A stretch of 64,000 nucleotides of DNA from positions 96,001 to 160,000 of the forward strand of contig CAVWIP010000016.1 of the NCBI GenBank assembly GCA_963755125.1, read 5' to 3'. The notes under the pieces were generated by a model that had not been told where the DNA came from, made no database searches, and saw only the letters and a program-made list of their open reading frames with translations. Each line of letters opens with the position of its first letter. The first letter of the stretch is position 1. The position numbers and the translations under genes were made by a program. Of the stretch, positions 58,418-64,000 are shown piece after piece. The stretch is from an uncultured delta proteobacterium. Its GTDB lineage: Bacteria > Myxococcota_A > Polyangia > Fen-1088.

Positions 58418-60508
58418 ATGAAGAACTGGCTGTTCCTGTCTGTTGTCTCCGTCACGGCGCTGGTCAACTGCGCAACCCACCAGGCTGGCAAACCTGTCGC
58501 GAGGAATACTGTCTTTCCCGCATGTCCGGGTGGCACTTGCCCGCCCACTACCTCTGTCGCCGCCAACGCCGGCGCGACATTGGCTGCCAAGGCTCCGGAG
58601 GAGGAACCGCTCGCCGACGACGTGGAACGCTATCGCATCCCACTTGAGGGACCGTTCCGAGGCGCGGTGAACGCCAAGGTCAACATCGTGGAGTTCACTG
58701 ACTTCCAGTGTCCCTTCTGCTCGCGCGCGGCCGGAACGTTGCAGGAGGTGCTGAAGCAATACTCCGACGACGTGCGGCTGTACTTCCGCAACCTCCCCTT
58801 GTCCTTTCACGCCGACGCAGCCCTCGCCGCGCAGGCCGCCATGGCCGCCCACGCCCAGGGGAAGTTCTGGCAGATGCACGACAAGCTTTTCGAAAAACAG
58901 CCGTTCTTCAAGCGCGAAAACCTGGATGCCTACGCCCTGGACATCGGCCTCGATGTCGCCCGGTTCAAGCGTGACCTCGACAACGAGACCTGGAAGGGCA
59001 CGGTGGAGGCCGACGCAGTGCTGGCGAGCCAGATGGGCGTCGTGGGCACGCCGCACTTCTTCATCAACGGACGGCCGCTGCGTGGCGCGCTTCCCATCGA
59101 CGAGTTCCAGAAGATCATCGACGACGAACTGGTTCGGACCAAGAAGATTTTGGCAGCCGGCACGCCCGCGGAACGGCTCTACGCCAGATTGATGGCCGGC
59201 GCACTGACCGCGCCGCCACCGCCGCGGCCGCCGGTGTCGAGCGAGGTCTACAGGGTCGAAATGGACAAGGCTCCGCGCAAGGGCGGCAAGGCGCCCAAGC
59301 TCACGCTCGTCGAGTTCTCCGACTTCCAGTGCCCGTACTGCAGCCGCGCCAAGGACACGCTCGACGAATTGCTCAAGCTGTACGGGGACAACCTCGCGGT
59401 CGCGTACAAGCACTTCCCGCTGCCCTTCCACGAGCAAGCCCTGCCGGCCGCCATCGCCGCCGTGGCAGCAGGCCAGCAGGGCAAGTTCTGGGAGATGCAC
59501 GACAAGCTGTTCGCCAATCAGGAGAAACTCGACGAAGCCAGTCTGGCGAAGTACGCGCAAGAGATCGGGCTCGACCTGCCCAAGTTCATGGCTGCCCTGG
59601 CCAGCCCCGAGACCAAAGCGGTGGTCGAGGCGGACGTGAAACAGGCCGAGCAGTTCGGGGTGGAAGGGACGCCGAGCTTCTTCCTCAACGGCCGGATGTT
59701 CAGCGGCGCCTACCCGCTGGACAGCTTCAAGATGGTGCTCGGCGAGGAGATGAAACGGGCGGACGCCAGGCTGCAAGCCGGCACGCCACGCGCCGAGCTC
59801 TACCCGGCCATCATCAAGGACGGACTGGCCAAGCGGGAGCCGCCCAAGATCGAGGCGCGACCGGGTGAGCCGTCGCCCAGCGAAAGGTACAAGGCTGAGA
59901 TCAAAGGCGCACCCTTCCGAGGTTCCAAGAATGCGCTGGTCACCATCGTGGAGTTCTCGGACTACCAGTGTCCCTTCTGCGGCCGGGCGGAAACCACGCT
60001 CAAGAAGATACTGGACGAGTACAAGGGTCAGGTGCGGGTGGTCTGGCGGGACTTGCCTCTTTCCTTCCATCCCTGTGCCAGGCCGGCGGCCATTGCGGCG
60101 CGCGCAGCCGGCCAGCAGGGCAAGTACTGGCAGATGCACGACAAGCTTTTCGAGAACCAGCAAGATCTGGTGGAGAAGAACCTGGAGACATACGCCGAGG
60201 CGATCGGCCTCAAGATGGAAAGCTTCAAGGCCGCCAGCAAGCGCGGCGATCTGGCCAAAGCGGTCGAGCGCGACGAGAGACTGGCGGAAAAGCTGGGCGT
60301 GAAGGGAACGCCCGCCTTCTTCATCAATGGCAAGTTCCTGTCGGGTGCCCAGCCCTTTGAAGCCTTCAAGAAGAAGATCGACGAGGAACTCGCGCACGCA
60401 CGCAAGCTGGTCGCCAGCGGGACACCCAGGGCAAACGTCTACACGGTGATCTTGAAAGGCGCCCGAACCGTCGAAGCCAGCGCCAGGGGCGATGACGATT
60501 CCGATTGA
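58418..60508 (+). CDS. Lipoprotein with three tandem DsbA/thioredoxin-like domains
   Basis: EFTDFQCPFC, EFSDFQCPYC and EFSDYQCPFC, each followed by PL.FH, QGK.W.MHD and GTP.FF.NG. Confidence 0.92.
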   Translation: MKNWLFLSVVSVTALVNCATHQAGKPVARNTVFPACPGGTCPPTTSVAANAGATLAAKAPEEEPLADDVERYRIPLEGPFRGAVNAKVNIVEFTDFQCPFCSRAAGTLQEVLKQYSDDVRLYFRNLPLSFHADAALAAQAAMAAHAQGKFWQMHDKLFEKQPFFKRENLDAYALDIGLDVARFKRDLDNETWKGTVEADAVLASQMGVVGTPHFFINGRPLRGALPIDEFQKIIDDELVRTKKILAAGTPAERLYARLMAGALTAPPPPRPPVSSEVYRVEMDKAPRKGGKAPKLTLVEFSDFQCPYCSRAKDTLDELLKLYGDNLAVAYKHFPLPFHEQALPAAIAAVAAGQQGKFWEMHDKLFANQEKLDEASLAKYAQEIGLDLPKFMAALASPETKAVVEADVKQAEQFGVEGTPSFFLNGRMFSGAYPLDSFKMVLGEEMKRADARLQAGTPRAELYPAIIKDGLAKREPPKIEARPGEPSPSERYKAEIKGAPFRGSKNALVTIVEFSDYQCPFCGRAETTLKKILDEYKGQVRVVWRDLPLSFHPCARPAAIAARAAGQQGKYWQMHDKLFENQQDLVEKNLETYAEAIGLKMESFKAASKRGDLAKAVERDERLAEKLGVKGTPAFFINGKFLSGAQPFEAFKKKIDEELAHARKLVASGTPRANVYTVILKGARTVEASARGDDDSD

Positions 60509-60529
60509 TCGACGGACTTCGCCCGATCG

Positions 60530-61378
60530 TCAATTGCCCGCGTGCACGTGAGGCACGTACAGGTCGAGTTTGTGGACCACCGGGTGCGGGCTGCTCGGGG
60601 ATTCGGCCAGCGAGAGACACAGGCTCATGTCGTAGCTGCCGATTGTGCCTGACACCTGCAGAGTTCCGGTCAGTCCGCTGGTGTAGCTGTCCACTGGTGA
60701 GATGCAGGACGCGGGCAGGGTAGGACACCCAACCAACACCTGCACGCCCCATGTGGTGGGTAGATCGGCCAGATCGAGGGTGGCAGGGAGCGCAAAATTC
60801 GTGTTGCGCCACGTGACTGTGATCGGCCACAGGAATGTCTCGGTAATGGCCTGGAGATCGCCGCCCTCGCAGCAGTCGTATGGGATCACGGCTCCGTTGA
60901 CCGCCGGGTACGACTCGATGCCATTGACCACCATGTGATTGGTCTCTCCACTGCAGAAGGCGTTGGCCCCAGCATCTGGCGCCAGCGACTGCACTTCATT
61001 CGAGGCGTCGGGCGACGCAGAAGACACGTCACGTGAGCCATCGGGCACCGCAAAAGAGGTGTCGCGCGAGGCATCCTGCGCCGTGAGAGAAACGTCGCGC
61101 GAGGTATCCGGCGTTGCGGGCGGGAGGTCGCGCGGGACATCGGGCAATGCCGGAGCGATATCAGGCAACGCGGGCACATCGGGCGACGCCGGAGCGACGT
61201 CGGGCAACGCCGAAGTGCCGTCAGGCAACGCCGAGGACGCATCCCGCGTCCGCTCGCCGATCGCACTGTCCGCGATTGCAGGAGCCGCACCGTCGTGCCG
61301 CAGGCTGAGTCCGGATCGACTGCCACAGGCACACAACAAACAAACGGCCATCTTCCATCCACCATGAACGTTCCGCAT
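60530..61378 (-). CDS. Hypothetical lipoprotein with Pro/Asp repeat linker and Cys-containing C-terminal domain
   Basis: LCACGSRSGL N-terminus; 7-aa (ALPDxxx) and 11-aa (DxSRDxSxxxP) repeats. Confidence 0.6.
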   Translation of the reverse strand: MRNVHGGWKMAVCLLCACGSRSGLSLRHDGAAPAIADSAIGERTRDASSALPDGTSALPDVAPASPDVPALPDIAPALPDVPRDLPPATPDTSRDVSLTAQDASRDTSFAVPDGSRDVSSASPDASNEVQSLAPDAGANAFCSGETNHMVVNGIESYPAVNGAVIPYDCCEGGDLQAITETFLWPITVTWRNTNFALPATLDLADLPTTWGVQVLVGCPTLPASCISPVDSYTSGLTGTLQVSGTIGSYDMSLCLSLAESPSSPHPVVHKLDLYVPHVHAGN

Positions 61379-61391
61379 GGACAAACTCTAG

Positions 61392-61408
61392 ACCAAAGCT
61401 CGTGCCAA
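61392..61408 (-). promoter_or_regulatory. Possible sigma54-type promoter
   Basis: Minus strand TTGGCACGAGCTTTGGT: perfect -24 TGGCAC, but -12 is GG instead of GC. Lies just upstream of the 61378 ORF. Confidence 0.3.
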
Positions 61409-61501
61409 CGGAACCGCTGGCTGGTCGCTCCCCGCCGCACGCCTGTGCACAAAACGCGCCTCCAACTCACCCTGGGCGCACCCGGTGTACACTTCGCCCC
61501 G

Positions 61502-62932
61502 ATGCTCGATCGTTTCTTCAAGTTAGGCGAGCGGGGCACCAGCCTGCGCACCGAAGTGCTGGCCGGTGCGACCACGTTTTTGACCATGGCGTACATCGTG
61601 TTCGTGAACCCGGGTATCCTGGCCGCCGCCGGCGTGCCTTTTGCCGGCGCCGCCACCGCCACCGCCCTGGGCGCCGCCGTCATGTGCATCAGCATGGGCC
61701 TGGTCGCCAACCGGCCGCTGGGCTTGGCCTCCGGCATGGGGCTCAACGCCGTGGTGTCGTTCTCCATCATCGGCGCGCAGCAGGCGCACGTGCCCTGGCA
61801 GGTGGGCATGGCTGCCGTGCTACTGGAAGGTGTGGCGTTCGTCGTGCTCGTGATCACCGGGCTGCGCGAGTCGGTGATGAACGCCATCCCCATGAGCCTC
61901 AAGCGCGCCATCGGCGGAGGCATCGGCCTGTTCATCACCTTCATCGGCCTGAACCAGGGCGGCGTGATCCGACCCGCGCCCGTGACCCTGGTGGCTCTCG
62001 GCGATCTCTCGCAGCGCACCGTGTGGGTCACGTTCACCGGACTGGGTGCCATCCTGGCCTTCCGCTGCCTGCGCGTGAAGGGCGAGATCTTGTGGGGCCT
62101 GCTGGCGGCCACGCTGGCGGCGCTGCTCCTAGGCGTCGCGCGCTGGCCCACGGCCGTCCTGGCGCCCATGGACTTTTCCACCTTCTGGGCGCCTTTCGCC
62201 ACGGTGAAGGGCGCGCCGGCCATCGCCCACATGCTTTCGCCCGCGCTGCTCACTGCGGTCTTCGCCCTGCTGCTGTCCGATTTCTTCGACGCCATGGGCA
62301 CGGTGGTGGCGGTGGGCGAGCAAGCCGGATTCGTCGACGGACAGGGCCGCGTGCCGGGGTTGCGGCGCATCCTGCTGGTGGACGCCAGCGCGGCCGCAGT
62401 GGGCGGCCTATTCGGCGCCAGTTCCATCACCACCTACGTGGAATCAGCGGCGGGCGTGGCCGAGGGTGGTCGCACCGGCCTGACCGTAGTCGTGACCGGG
62501 CTGCTGTTCGCCGTGGCCGCGCTCTTCTCGCCCATCATCGCCACGGTGGGCGGCGGCTATCGCGTGCCCAACGCCGCCCATTACTCGCAGTTGGTGACCG
62601 CCGGCTTTCGCACGCCGCCCGACCTGCTGCCGCCGGTGGGAATGGGCGACGCCTTCGTCTATCCCATCACCGCGGGCGCGCTCATCTTCGTCGGATTCCT
62701 GATGATGAACGCCATCCGCAACATCGAATGGGACGACTGGGAAGAATCCTTCCCCGCCTTTCTCACCATCGTGTGCATCCCTCTCAGCTACAGCATCAGC
62801 AATGGAATCGGGCTGGGCTTCATCAGTTACACGCTCATCAAGCTCCTGCGCGGCAAGGCCCGCCAGGTTCACGGCCTGATGGTCGCCGTCAGCCTGGCCT
62901 TTCTCGTCGGGTTCGTGCTGCAGTCGAGGTGA
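61502..62932 (+). CDS. NCS2 family purine permease (AzgA/PbuG-like)
   Basis: TEVLAGATTFLTMAYIVFVNP, ASGMGLNA, DFFDAMGT, TTYVESAAGV.EGGRTGL and YSISNGI. Confidence 0.93.
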   Translation: MLDRFFKLGERGTSLRTEVLAGATTFLTMAYIVFVNPGILAAAGVPFAGAATATALGAAVMCISMGLVANRPLGLASGMGLNAVVSFSIIGAQQAHVPWQVGMAAVLLEGVAFVVLVITGLRESVMNAIPMSLKRAIGGGIGLFITFIGLNQGGVIRPAPVTLVALGDLSQRTVWVTFTGLGAILAFRCLRVKGEILWGLLAATLAALLLGVARWPTAVLAPMDFSTFWAPFATVKGAPAIAHMLSPALLTAVFALLLSDFFDAMGTVVAVGEQAGFVDGQGRVPGLRRILLVDASAAAVGGLFGASSITTYVESAAGVAEGGRTGLTVVVTGLLFAVAALFSPIIATVGGGYRVPNAAHYSQLVTAGFRTPPDLLPPVGMGDAFVYPITAGALIFVGFLMMNAIRNIEWDDWEESFPAFLTIVCIPLSYSISNGIGLGFISYTLIKLLRGKARQVHGLMVAVSLAFLVGFVLQSR

Positions 62933-62990
62933 TCGACTCGGGGTCGCGCTTCCTGTCGTACAGCCGACAAGACAGGGATCGCCTCATGAC

Positions 62991-63200
62991 TTACTTGCCG
63001 GCCTTTTCCCTCCGCACGCCCTGGCGCTCAATGCGCTCGCCCCGGTGCTCCTTGGCCTCACCACGACGCTCGTTGCGCGCACCACGCCGCTCCTTGGCTT
63101 CCCCCTGGCGCTCGTTGCGCGCACCACGGCCCTCTTCCCTGGCACCCTGGCGCTCAAGGGCGACACCGCGTAGATCTCCAACCAGCGTCGCGCCCCTGTG
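62991..63200 (-). repeat. 21-bp (heptad) tandem repeat; start-less open frame of charged repeats
   Basis: Reads GVALERQ-GAREEGR-GARNERQ-GEAKERR-GARNERR-GEAKEHR-GERIERQ-GVRREKA-GK*, bounded upstream by an in-frame TAG at 63201-63203. Confidence 0.7.
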
Positions 63201-63220
63201 CTAGGCATTTCATAGTGGCT

Positions 63221-64000
63221 ATGTCGAACCCCGCCCGGCTGATCAGCGCGCCCTGGGTCTTGCCCATGGCAAGCCCTGCGTTGGCCGAGGCAGCGGTGGT
63301 CATCAACCACGAGAACACCATTGTCGCCGTCGGGCCACGCGCCGAGATCAAGCCGGAGTTTGCCTCGCTGCCCGAGGAGCGCGCGCAGGGTGCGCTGTTG
63401 CCCGGACTGGTGAACGCCCATACACACCTTGAATTGTCGGTCCTCTCCGGGCACGTGCGGGGCGGAGAAGGGCTTCCGTCGTGGGCCGTGCAACTGGGGC
63501 GCGAGACGGCCGTTTTTTCGACGGAGCAACACTGCGAAGCTGCCCGGCGCGCGGCCCTGGCTGCAGTGGCCGCCGGAACCGCGGCCGTGGGCGACGTGGG
63601 AAATACCTTGCTCGCCGTGCCCGCGCTGGCCGGCGCGGGTCTGGGCGGGGTCTTCTTCCACGAGCTGCTCGGCTCGCGCGAGGTCGCCACCGGCGACGCC
63701 CTGGCTGATGCCGAGCGAGAGCACCGGGAATTCGTCCGGGGCACCGACTGGCCCGCGAATCTCGCCCGCGTTCCGGCACCGCACGCGCCCTACTCGGCCG
63801 GACCCGATCTCTTGCGTCGGATCTTTGCGGCCGCGGCCGGTACCGGCCATCCCACCTCGATCCACGTCGCCGAAGGCGAGGACGAGATCCAGCTTCTGCG
63901 CGACGGCACCGGGCGCTGGGCCGAGATCCTGGCCTCGCTGCAAGTCCCGCTGGGCTCGCGCACGCCAGGTCTGGGTCCGCTCGCCTATCTCGAATCACTC
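63221..64000 (+). CDS. Amidohydrolase, probable aminodeoxyfutalosine deaminase (partial, runs off the window)
   Basis: Own translation: MSNPARLISAPWVLP..LLPGLVNAHTHLELS..GTAAVGDVGN..APHAPYS..SIHVAEG. Absent from the ORF track because it has no stop in the window. Confidence 0.85.
   Translation, partial: MSNPARLISAPWVLPMASPALAEAAVVINHENTIVAVGPRAEIKPEFASLPEERAQGALLPGLVNAHTHLELSVLSGHVRGGEGLPSWAVQLGRETAVFSTEQHCEAARRAALAAVAAGTAAVGDVGNTLLAVPALAGAGLGGVFFHELLGSREVATGDALADAEREHREFVRGTDWPANLARVPAPHAPYSAGPDLLRRIFAAAAGTGHPTSIHVAEGEDEIQLLRDGTGRWAEILASLQVPLGSRTPGLGPLAYLESL

Noticed and set aside
58298..60397. 699-aa minus-strand ORF
   Set aside because: Antisense shadow of the triple-DsbA gene; typical of high-GC DNA and has no motifs.
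61402..63204. 600-aa plus-strand Arg-rich ORF
   Set aside because: Alternative frame of the NCS2 permease, with GC-driven composition.
62984..63998. Minus-strand ORFs at the right end
   Set aside because: The motif-bearing frame is the plus-strand amidohydrolase starting at 63221.

Overview
GC-rich bacterial chromosomal DNA, most likely Myxococcota (Polyangia-like). This is inferred from a MYXO-CTERM-like motif, lipoproteins with long Gly/Thr/Ser linkers, an ECF-sigma/FecR-TPR cassette and a multi-DsbA protein. About 55 genes are recognisable. Housekeeping genes include hflKC, bfr, an RhlE-type helicase, prfC, two ABC-F ATPases, acs, mdh, rlmI-like, ndk and rlmN. There are also polysaccharide-degrading lipoproteins (GH43+CBM32, pectate lyase) and a translationally coupled futalosine-pathway menaquinone operon with an MqnA-MqnC fusion and a cluster-less MqnE paralogue. 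An amidohydrolase gene runs off the right edge and is missing from the ORF track. The best candidates for uncharacterised systems are: (i) a HipA-like kinase + DUF3037 pair sitting among gene debris; (ii) an ECF sigma / FecR-TPR / small OM-barrel / LamG-lipoprotein cassette with no TonB-dependent receptor; (iii) an FN3-MYXO-CTERM-signal peptide-beta-barrel polyprotein. Several frameshifted or internally deleted remnants and an 81-bp tandem hairpin repeat are also present. No rRNA, tRNA or CRISPR array was seen. All family calls come from motif recognition by eye; no database search was run.
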